From NCBI GenBank assembly GCA_965178125.1, contig OZ237757.1:744001-808000 (forward strand): 64,000 nt of DNA. The letters are read 5' to 3'. Position 1 is the stretch's first letter; each line of letters opens with the position of its first letter. This document shows, one piece after another, positions 1 to 10,903 of the stretch. The notes below the pieces were generated by a model. It had not been told where the DNA came from. It saw only the letters and a list, made by a program, of their open reading frames with translations, and made no database searches. This DNA is from Bilabrum cf. latius (lineage: Eukaryota). The position numbers and the translations under genes are program-made.

Positions 1-3000
1 AGCGTCCAGGTCGGCGGTGCTCGTCGATTCAGCGTGCGCGTTGCTTGAGCTGTCCTCGGGTAACACGCACCCCGAGTCCTATGGTGCTTGCAGTGCATCG
101 CTGTCCTGCAAGCTTGGCGAGAATGCAGTGCATCCTGGGGCAGTGCGGGCAGATGCCCAGGAGGAGCCAAGAGCCACGAGGCCTTGCATGTTCACTTGGC
201 TCTGGCCCCGATGATATTCGTCACCACCTAGTTCCCTAGGAGTTATGCTGCCACTGTCAACCACGCCGGCCCCTGCATGGCGACCATCCGAAGGTGCAAC
301 GGACTCGACTTTCCTGCGCAGCCGCCTGCGGATCCCCCCCGCCGCCCTCTCCGCCTCTATCGCAGCATCGCTGGCGAACTCCAGCCCGAGCACCACCGAG
401 TTCAGAGGCACCCTGCACTCGTGAGAGACGAACCGCAGCCTGGCTCGCAATGCGGCTGCATGTCTGTCCGCCTGCGCCACGGCAGTCTCCAGCTCATCGG
501 ATTGCACGGCGAACAAATAGAGCGCGCCCAGCACCGCAACCCGGATTGCAAGCCAAGCAAATCTCCAAGCCGACTCGCCTACCGTGTACGCCATCGCAGC
601 ATCTTCCCAGTCCTCCCGCAGGAGTTGCTGCAACGATCGATCAGCAAGATCTTCCGTGGGACAGGGGAAGAAATCCCGGATGCCTGCGATCAACGTGTAT
701 GCGCACTGGCAGACAGCCTCGGGGCGAGCAATCAGCGACTCCTGCAGGATATTCACCGCGATAAAGTGAAGGATTGCGGCAGTGGCCATCCCTTTCAGTA
801 CCACGGCCAAGAGCGTTGTGCGAGATCGCACCTGCCGCACCAGTGCCGCGCCGAGACTGCTCTGTGCCCCCGTCAGTCCCTGTCCACCGGGGTCCACGAG
901 AGACTCCACGCGACCGTCTCGAGAGCCGAGGAGCAGCGCTGCAGACCTCAACACGTGGTTCTCCGTCGCAGGATAGGTGGGATCATCGCCTTCAGCGCCT
1001 GCCCGGCCGCCTAAAGGACCGCAGCACAAGTCACAGCGCCCGCTAGTGCGATCCGGAGCGCTGCTTTTAAGGTCTGGCTGGCCACTCTGATGCCCACACC
1101 CGGGCGAAATCGCCACACTTGCAGCAACGAAGAACCCGTACGTGTCCGAGGCGGCCAAAATCCACTCGTCGCTGTCCTCCCAGATAGAGCACCACCCCTC
1201 CTTCCGTCCCATGCCGCCCTACTGCTACATAGCGCGACCAACGGTTGAACTGCTGCCAGCGCCTGCTCCTCGTCTGGTCCCTCCTGCGGGCGCCTGCTAG
1301 ATCTTTCGCAGTACCCTCAGGAGGCGCTGCTGGCCGCTGCGCAGCCTGGGAGTTCCTCGTCCTTTGCTAGACGACACATCGTTAGATGCAGCTGGTAGGT
1401 GGCCGCCATCGCATACTTGGTAGCAGCAGCAGGTGCTTATGCATGCGCCCATGCATCGGCACGGCACTCGCCAGCAGCACAGCGCTTTGCAGCACACCGA
1501 GGCGTGGCACTGACCAAAGCACACTGCGCATGAGACGGCAGCGGGAGCATCCGCCCAGTCCCAGGCGATCGTGCTCGTTAGCTCTCGGCTGGCCTCTCTA
1601 GAGCTTGGTGTTGCAGGCCCGCGTCTGGCGGCACCAGTTTCAGGGTCCAGCTGCACGTGAGAGCGCGGTGCAGCAACTGCAGCAGCGGCATGAATCGTGC
1701 TGGTATTGGCGGTCGAAACTGCGGGGGCCGTATCCGACGCAAGGTGAGGCACCGGAGCCACACCGCTTTGGTTGGCACCGAGAGGCGTGACCTTGCCCTT
1801 GCCCTTTGATGTCGATCTCCTCCTTTGCTGCTGGACGGCGTGCCCCCTCAATCTTGCTGCAATCACGTGCTACCCAAAGTGGACATCAGCTCGGTGAAGG
1901 GCCCGCCTCAAGCCCACCGCCGGTGTCAGCACAAAGAGGAGGAATCCCCACAGCGTGAATGCGACATGAACCACGGCAAGCAGCACGATCAGGCCCGGAA
2001 GATAAGCGTACACTCCCTCCAGTTTCTCTTCGTACAGCCTGGGCTGGCTGTTGCTTGTCCCGTCCAGCACATCGCTGACGGAAAGTGGGAAGGCCAGACC
2101 AGCAGCAGATGCGTTCCCGCCCGATGCAGCCACCTTGCCCCTGGCGTAGTCGAGGGCAGTCAGGGCCACAGAGGACTCGGCCGAGCTCATCCTCACGATG
2201 CACGTGTGCAGTACGTCAGATCGAGTGACTTCATTTTCAAGCAAGACGTCAGCATTGTGCTGGATTGCGCCACTGGCGAGCGCTGCCTGTAGAGCGGCGG
2301 AGGCATTGTCTCGGTCGTTGTCAGCATCTGCTCGCAGGGCGTGCTGCTGCATTGCTAGGAAATACAGTGGCTGGCCATCGGTGCCGGTGATGAGAGGCTG
2401 GGCCCACAGCGGCAGCTGCACGGACGCACTGCGATTCGGGGCAGGCGTGGCATCCGCGGGTCCCGCGGCCGACTGTGCCCACCCCTCCGTAGGTGCCCAC
2501 CAGAATCCACCGGTGGACCGCTGATCCGATCCCGACGATCCCGACCGGATCCGGTCGAGCTCCCTTGTGGCAGACACGCCTTTCTCGTACGACGCCGCGG
2601 AGGCCGCCAAGTTCGTGAAGCCAATGGTGGCAGATACGAATGCGTTTGCCGCGAATCCAACCACCACGCACGTGATGATGGTCACCAGCCTGCTCCTCTT
2701 GGCCTGGATCTCTGCCCTGGGCCTCGTGGCGTTGGCCGAGCCGATAATCATAGTGGAAATCACCACCGTGCTCACAAACACGGCCCCGGATACTGCCACT
2801 AGTGGTGACACGGTGCTCTGCTGCGGGATGGAGTACCGAACGTCCCCCACCGTCCATGGCTCCCCGCGCACCATGCGGGACAGGTAGTGCACGATGCCGC
2901 GAATCAGGCCGCGAGCGCTCGAAAATCGGATGACCAGCGGACCTTTCCCGAAGGTACCACCTTTGGGATCGCTGGTCTCTGGGACGTACTGGAAAAAGCT

Positions 3001-3723
3001 CTCCAACGTTGCCATGGCTGCAAGCGTCGTTACAAGCATCAACAGGACCGATCTGCGGGTGCTGCACTCGGCCAGGCAAGCACACTGCCAACAGGAGCCC
3101 GCGACAACGCGACGGCCGCCAACGTAATCTTTACGAATAGTGCTTGGCGGCACATGGTTGATAGGCCGAGTGCTTGCGGAAATCGCGGCGGTGTTGCCAA
3201 CTGCACCAAGTTCGCTTCCAGCAGGCAGAGATGAATCTTCAGCTCTATCTCTACGACAACCGCTGCATGCGTACATTTGCAGCAAAGTTTTCATTAAGCG
3301 GTTTCCCCCACCGTTTTTCCAAGCTTCAAGTACCCACAGAGCTGTTAATAATACCATGCAAGCGATAGCCACTAACACATTGCAGGCGCTAAAAATACCG
3401 ATTGCGTGCTGAGCCATCCGGGTAGAAGCCTGGAAATCCAGAAGCGAAGACAGTATTGTGCCAGTTTGCGATAGTCTAGACGAATAGTTTCTGGACGTAA
3501 GCGAAGGCCAAGGGGCAGCGAGCTCCGCTGAAGGATTCGCACCGCTCCTGTACAGCACTCCACTGCCCAATTCCCCCGTAAGTATATCGAGCACAATCGA
3601 GGTACCAGCAATAAGGATCATCGAAGCAAGTACAGGAACCAGCAGGCTTGTCCATGCGTGCGTTGCGAGCGCTTCGATCGCCGCGGCGCTTCTAGGCTAA
3701 ACGGTTCCACTGCTCGACACCAT
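1..3723 (-). CDS. Multi-pass membrane sensor histidine kinase (3' end runs off the window)
   Basis: ORFs 1870..3621, 1297..1866 and 79..1212 share one frame and are joined only by TAG (3697, 1870, 1297, 1225, 1219, 79). ATG at 3723 (caaATG). Several hydrophobic segments are followed by a coiled coil and an HisKA H-box, RLRFVSHECRVPLNSVVLGL. The frame stays open to position 1. Confidence 0.75.
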
Positions 3724-4298
3724 TTGAGACCGCACAGGGCGCAACCGAGGTTATTAGCAAGTCATGATTGATCCTACCAAAGGCAGATAAATCTAGATTC
3801 GTGTTGCAGAAGCTTACCGTCGCAGTCGCCGTTCGTGCTGCGAACAACGCCGTGACCGGCTGCTTTTGGTCGCAACTTGATTGAAGTCGCGGCGCTCATC
3901 AGCCCGGCTGCCAGTGGTCGGAGCCTGAAGTAATTAGGCTGACCGCAAAAGATCGGCTGAGGAACAAACGCATGCTACCAAGTGGAGCCAAAAGAAGGAA
4001 TTCCAAGAAACAAGAAATTGTATCCAAGCGTGCAAGCTGCGGCATCAGACCCCCGTGCTCAAACAGGCACAGGGACGCCGGCCAGTCTCGACATCCAAGG
4101 CCGAGCCGCTGCAGTCGCAGGGTGTCGCGCGGGACCAGCCCCCGAGGTAGCATCCAATACCGCCCCCAGGCGCTAGCCCCCAACGCCCCGCCGCCGAACC
4201 ATGCAAATAGAATGGTCGGGATTCAGGCGTGCGCGCGCGAACACATCCTGTTCCAGCTCTAGACTATCCACCACACCTCGTGGCAACTCACTGGGCTA

Positions 4299-4340
4299 CA
4301 CTGCACTGCACTGCACTGCACTGCAATGCACTGCACTGCA
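4299..4340. repeat. (CACTG)n pentanucleotide microsatellite
   Basis: About 8 units, immediately 3' of the TGA at 4343 of the minus-strand gene. Confidence 0.9.
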
Positions 4341-4342
4341 AT

Positions 4343-6840
4343 TCAGTCGGCGAGCTCATCATCCCCTTCCAGCACCACCCCGCCCCCGGCTCCTTGTGCA
4401 CCAACAACGAAAGAGCCGCCCGAGGCAGGAAATGCCGAGGGCATTCCATCTGTTCGGGCACGCTTGGCCTCCCTGCCCCAGCCTCCCTCCCACCCCCCTT
4501 CCTGAGTGCATGGTGGCAGCGATGCAGCGGTGCTCCGAGTCGCTCCGTGGCTCGCTGGTTGGTTGGAGGCCTAGCTCGGGCGCAGGGCAGCGGATCTAGT
4601 CTGGCTCCCGCCGGGGGCAGACACGTGGGAGAATTCTGGACTCAAATCTGAGCCAGAGTCATAGTCTGGCTCACTTTCAGACGCCGAGTTGGAGTCGGCC
4701 GCAGCACCGTTCCCTGCGGCAGCACCGGCGGCATCCGTGAAGTGCGGCGGCGAGGAGCCATGGCACGTCCGGCTGCCAGTGCTGAGGGGCCCCGACATGA
4801 TACGAGCTACATGCCGCTCCGGGGTTTGCGAGCTGGTGCGCCTCCGCTTCTTCAAGTGCTCTAGGCTCATGGAGTGGATCCTCGTAGCGGGGCTGTCGCC
4901 AATGGCATCGCCCTTACCGCGAAAAGAAGGCCCGGCTCCACCGCCAGCAATGGGCATGTCGCTCCTGCCAGTGGCATCGCCCTCACTGCGAGAAGGAGGC
5001 CCAGCTCCACCGCCGGCAATGGGCATGTCGCTCCTGCCAGTGGCATCGCCCTCACTGCGAGAAGGAGGCCCGGCTCCACCGCCGGCAATGGGCATGTCGC
5101 TCCTGCCAGTGGCATCGCCCTCACTGCGAGAAGGAGGCCCGGCTCCACCGCCAGCAATGGGCATGTCGCTCCTGCCAGTGGCATCGCCCTCACTGCGAGA
5201 AGGAGGCCCGGCTCCACCGCCAGCAATGGGCATGTCGCTCCTGCCAGTGGCATCGCCCTCACTGCGAGAAGGAGGCCCGGCTCCACCGCCAGCAATGTTG
5301 CCTGACCCGCTTGCTCGGCCGGTAGTGGGCGACCATGGCTGTGAGGCCTCCCAGCCCTGGCCCTGGATAGTTTGGCTCGCAACGGGTGCTGCATCTGGCA
5401 GTCGCTGCTCGGATGGCGCCATGCCAGGCTTACCGGATTTCGCAGCTACATTTGTCTACTTGCTCCCCAAGGGTTGCCGATGCCGCGCTGCGGCTTTCGT
5501 TGATTCAATAAACTCTTGGTTCGGCACTGGGCCTGTCTGGGATACACGCTGATGACGCCATGCCGCCGCTTCTTGCTTTTGCCCAGTTTTCTCGCTCGGG
5601 CATTCAATAAGCTTCTATGCTGTTTCAACTGGTGACAACGAGCCCGTGCCTGGGGAATAACTAGTACCACTGCGAAACAAGGAAAATGCAAGCTAATTTG
5701 TGCAGCATTACTGTTGACTGTGGTTGCAGCCTGCTGAGCGGTGCGAGAAGACTGCGATCCTTTGCCGTGACAAATAAAAGCGACCAAACCACGCAACGGG
5801 GGCGAGTCAGATGTCATTGCAGTGAATCGCGCTATAATGATACACACAGTTCACTGCAAAGGAGGCGATGTTAGTCTGCCGAAAGGCTTGCAGGGGGAAA
5901 TGGGCAGGATCGATGGATGGCCGACACGATGTGGCTCAAGCTGACCGCCAGCGAGGAATCATTCAATTCTTACTTGCATTCCATGGCGCCTGAATGTATG
6001 TTTTGCCAATCAAAGTCGCGCTTGACCCGTGGTGGATGCCTGCAAAGCAGTTGCTCGCCCCGGCTGCCGACGCGCACCGGTGCGCAGAAAACCCGACGCC
6101 GTACGCGGTATCCTGTCTTGAAGTACACGCAACTTGAATGCCCCGGGGAAAAGGAGAAAAAGACAGGTTCGATCCACAAACACGTGTCACGGGATGTCAA
6201 GGGGTCGTATTGGCTTGAGAGAATGCCTGCTCAGTCTTCAAAGCTGCTAGGATTGTTTATTGGCAGCACCCCACAGACTCCGCGACTAGATCCACCACAT
6301 AGTCCGTGGTGGATTCAAATGCCACGTCTCGGTCGCAAATGATATCGGTAGGCGGTCTTGCGTCGTATCGCCACACCTGTTGTTGCTACCCTCCGCCTCA
6401 CCTTCTCCTCCTTCTCCTCCGCTAGCCACTGGCCGAACGACTGGCCCCCACCTTGAAACCGGCTTTCCCCACCCACGCACTGGTGTGCCATCGGCGCCGC
6501 AGGAGCCTCGCTATAGTCCAAGCCGACCGTAGTGTCTTCGCTCAACCCTGGCAGAGCGCCGTGCAAAGGTCTCAGCACTGCCTCCAACGACTGGCACAGC
6601 AGGATGGCAGACTGCGGGCGCAACTCATTGGAGGCATTCGCGGCATCAACGGCGCTTTCGCTGAAGCCCCTCACGGAGAATACCAGGTAGGCTGCAGTTG
6701 GCCGCCGCCGGCGTGTCCACACGCAACCGAATTTTTTCGGTGTGTGACGACGAAACAATGTCCGCAAATTTACTTTGCGTTGTAGCGGACCAATAAGGCG
6801 ACTTCGGGTTTAATTGGTACATTTCAACGAAAATCTCCAT
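4343..6840 (-). CDS. Hypothetical multi-exon protein with 23-aa tandem repeat (exon structure partly uncertain)
   Basis: The last exon (about 5669 to TGA 4343) is open except for TAG at 5615, 5456 and 4571. Phase-compatible introns at 6773-6692 (GTAAAT..GCAG) and about 5973-5670 (GTAAGA..GCAG). The middle intron and the start (6840 or 6822) are not resolved. Confidence 0.45.
4903..5297. repeat. 69-bp coding tandem repeat, about 5.5 copies
   Basis: Near-identical units encoding MPIAGGGAGPPSRSEGDATGRSD on the minus strand; no spacers. Confidence 0.95.
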
Positions 6841-6873
6841 TATTACGTCGATGGTACGGAGCGACGCTGCCGA

Positions 6874-9800
6874 ATGATTGCCTAGAATGGTGGACTTTAC
6901 CGCAAGCGCAAGCGGGCGCGCAACCGCCTCAACAGACACAGTCTCCCATTGCGGCATCAGGTTGCAGCCACGGTGGGATGTCTACTTTTGATTCTTGCGT
7001 ACATTTTCGGCCGCCCTGCTAATCTGCCAGGCAGTCCGGAACCTGCAGATGAGCCAGCGAGCGAGTGTGCACTTGGGCCTGCCTCCCGTAGGAATGCCGT
7101 TCTGTCGCAATTTAGAGACTTAAAGTAGGCTTCTAGGATTTTGGTTGTAGATCAAATCTCAGTCTCAGACTGGCAGGGGGCATGGAGTGCTGACTTGCAT
7201 CTGGCGCCGAGAGGCTGGGAAGAAGCCATGTCATTTGGCATGTCACGCACCGGAGCCACCCGACAGGTAGCAAGAACTGAAATCATGCAGGATGCAGCCC
7301 CCGGCCCATACTCCCACTCAGATCGATTCCGAGACTCCTTGGAGCGAGCAGGCCTGGAGGCAGCCGAGCACCTGCCCATGCTCGGAACAGCGCTGGCGCT
7401 CGCACGGGAGAGCGGGCAGCCCCTCGCGATGGCTAGCGTGACATTCCTTCTCACCGGGCCGGGTGTGCAGGAGCTGGCTGCGGCCGAGCTGGCGGTAGCG
7501 CAGGCACTCACTGCGGGCAGCGAGGCCTGCGCTGACCATGCCATCCGCGCCTCAGGTGTATCCGCCGACCGCTTGTCCCTCCTGTTCGTATGGAGGGGGC
7601 TGGTGCGCCTCCTAGCCCAGCGGGGCATCCGGGCTCTTCTCCTGCCTCGCTCCCCGGGCAACGTAATCGTCACACCGGCCAGCGAGATGGCCTCCTCGGC
7701 CAGCGATTTTCTGGACTGGATCGACCCCACTGCCGCTACAGGGGGGGAGGAGCCCGGGGCGGCCCCGGTCCGACTGGGGCACGCATTGGGGAACACACTG
7801 AGGCACTCGTTGGGCGGAACAGGTGCCGCGGGCACGCTGGGTGACCACGGGCCACAGAGTGGACAGCCAGGCTCTCAGTCGAAACAGGCCGATTGGGCGG
7901 CACGGCTGCCACCAGCCGCAGAAGGCCTCGGACCGTTCGAAGAGGTGCACGTGAGGGCAAGCCGGTCGCCCGCCGTCCACGCCATGCGCCGGCGCCGGAT
8001 GGGTGTGACGAGTGCACTCGCGGGCACCCGTTTCGTGGTCCACGCGGTGGGCGGCGGGGACGACCGCATGGTTCGCCAGGGAAGGTTCGTTGGGTCCGTG
8101 GACGAGTTGGTCGCAAGTGCCGCGGAGTACGTCAGCGTCGAGCTGGCCGATGCCGTGGTCGCGTGGGATGCAGGCGCGCTCCGTCGGCTCCGGAGGGCGG
8201 GCGCAGCGCCGCGCAATCCCGTTCTGGTCCCACCGCCGCTGCCGAACTTCACCGCTGCCAAGAGCGATTGGACCATCAGAGACGCCCCTTCCAGCACGTC
8301 TGGAACCCCCCGTGGTCCCAGCACCACTCGTCCTCCTCGCACGCGTCCAGCTGCCTCGAGGCATAGCAGCCTATCCGCGGCTGCCGCCAACTGCCTCTCG
8401 CACCGGCTGCATATATCCGTTGAGTCCCCGTCCTGGACCCCACTGCTTGCGAGAGAGACGGGCTTGTCGCTGGTGAAAGCAGCGGAAAGCATGCTGCAAG
8501 AGCTGCACCAGCACCAGGGGCAGGGGTAGGGGTAGGCACTTAATGGCGGCGGCGGTATGATAGAATCAGAGCAGGGCGCGCGGGTGCTGTTCCTATGCAA
8601 GCTGCACTGCACTGTGGCGGTATCTACGATGCAGGCGGCCGGCCTCGACGTGAAGAAGCTGAGCCGCGGCACTGCTCACGAGAGCAAGGGTCTTGACGAG
8701 CTGGAGAGTGCCTGGTTCAAACGGGTGGACAAAGTGGAAGATACAAGCGAGAGTGGTCAAAGAGGCAATGACGAGGACGCGGCACTCCGGGGTACCGGCG
8801 AGGACACCTTGCGGCCTCTGGCACAGACAGGCGAATCTGCAGAGGCCGCCCAGCACAGGGGCTTTGCAAACGGCCTGGGCCCCGCGCTCGGTCACACCCC
8901 GGGCCAGGCGCTTTCTCATTCGGAGGTGCTGGAGGACCCGTTGGTTGGCATGACATCGCTGGAACTCGGGGGATAGTGGGAGGCCAAGTTGGACGGGTGG
9001 CGTTCGGCAGCTGCTTCCAACATCGGTAGCAGGCGAAGATACCACGTGTCTGTTGAGATCGTGCAGGTGAGCTCGTACAGCGTAGCGTGGAGGCGCGCTG
9101 GGCTGCTCGGGCAGGTGCCGGAGCTCTGCGCCCTCGCGTTGTTCCCTCCCTCCTTCGCCGATGCCGCCTGGGACGCGCGCAGGTTCGCAAGCTTGGGGAT
9201 CCCGCCCGTGCTTCCTGGTGCGTTGTCGACTGAGGTGGAAGACGAGGCCATGCTGGTGGCACTGCAGCCAAATGCTGTGCGCGTGGACGGGCCGGGGGAG
9301 TCAGCCGGGCTCATTGAAGCGAGTTTACCCGTCGCACGTGCTGGGTCAGACACTGGCTGGGGGGAGGCGTGGGGCGCGCGGGATGGCAGCACGTCGGAGG
9401 GCGACGCGTGGGTGCTTGATCGGTATGAGATGCCGTCACCCACCACGCTGGGCAGGTGGCTAGCCAGGTCATTCGCTGGAGAGTCGCCAAAGGGTCGCAG
9501 CGGAGTCTCTGTATCTGGCCTCATCGGGCGGCTGGGAGTCGGCAGCCGGCCGCTTGCAATCACAGATCTAGATGAGGCAAGCACGCCTACAAGCGGTGCT
9601 TCCTCTTCTGCTGCTGCAACGGGTCGCGGCGCGGTGCATCGGCTGGTCGGTACCGAGGCAGTGGCAGCTGGCCTGCGCCAGGTCCGTGCCGCATCGGAAG
9701 ATTCCGCGCGGGCCGCCGCTGAGGCGATCGCGAACGTTCGCGATCGGATCAAGAACGACCCACCGCTGGTGACCGTCTGCATCGCGACAAAGAACCGAGG

Positions 9801-10761
9801 GCAGCTCCTGGCAGAGGCGCTCAAGTCGATCCGGCGGTCGGACTACCCTGCCCTGCGGATCGTGATCGTGGAGGACGGCTCGGGGCAGCCAGAGAGGGAC
9901 AGGTTTGGAGCCACGCTGTCGGCTCTGGTTGAAGAGGAGACCGAAGGCAATGGACCTCGGCGGATGCTCACGGCAGGTGCAGCGGATGAACGACTCACAC
10001 GGCACGGAGCTTCTGCCAGGCCCTCTTCCGCTGAAGCGGTTCTGGAGAGAAGAATGGCGAGACCGGGCAGGGTCATCTGGACCGAGGGGCGAGGGGCAGC
10101 TACCGCGAGGAACGCTGCTGCAGAGGCCGCATGGGCGGATGCAGCTGAACTCGGCTCTGGTACCGCCAGTCATGGTGCCGGTGGTGGTGCCCCAGAAGAA
10201 GGCCTGTTGCTGTTCTTCGACAGCGACGACATCATTCGTCCCACCATGGTGACCCGCATGGTGACGTCACTGCTCCTGGAAGACGCGGACGTCGTGACGT
10301 GCTGGCCGGAGTCGTTTCGGAACACGCAGCAGCACACCGTTGGGATGGAGGAGGGCGCATGGAGGGGGCAGTGGAGGCCATTCGGGCCGTTCGGTGCCCT
10401 GCCTCTTCTCGCCAACACATTCGGAGGGGGCTCTGCGATGTTCCGCCTGGGCGTGTTTCGGGAGCTCGGCGGATACACTCCAGCGCCTGTGGGCCGAGCG
10501 CACCTCGACTACAACCTGCTCTCCAAAGCCAAGGCAGCCGGCAAGAGAGTTGTCCTCGTGCCCGCGATAGGGTATGACTACCGGGCCAACTCCCCTGGCA
10601 GTGTGTTTTCCACGTCCTGGTCCGCTGCATTGAATCGGATGCACTCTCTGCAGCCGTGGCTAGACGCTCAGGGAGATTGGGAGCGCAAGGCCGCGCTGCG
10701 GTATGTGTACGGCAGGACCGACTTGGCCATCGCGGGGAACAACGGGCTGGGAAACACTTGA
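6874..10761 (+). CDS. Glycosyltransferase family 2 (GT-A) protein, probable type II membrane protein
   Basis: ORFs 7141..8529, 8557..8976 and 8989..10761 are in one frame, joined by TAG (6883, 7126, 8527, 8533, 8974), ending in TGA. The N-terminus has a basic tail plus TM segment (VAATVGCLLLILAYIFG). GT2 motifs: LVTVCIATKNRGQLLAEALKSI..IVIVEDGS and LLLFFDSDD (DxD). Start provisional. Confidence 0.8.
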
Positions 10762-10903
10762 TGAACACTGTACATAGTTTCTGATGGGCGGACGGGGATG
10801 GATCTGGATGTGGGGTGCAGCGCACTGTGGCGGGCGCTTCTGTGATCCGATTGGCTCTGTCAGAAATATGGATTGTTGTACCGCTTAGTTCACTCGTTGA
10901 TCC

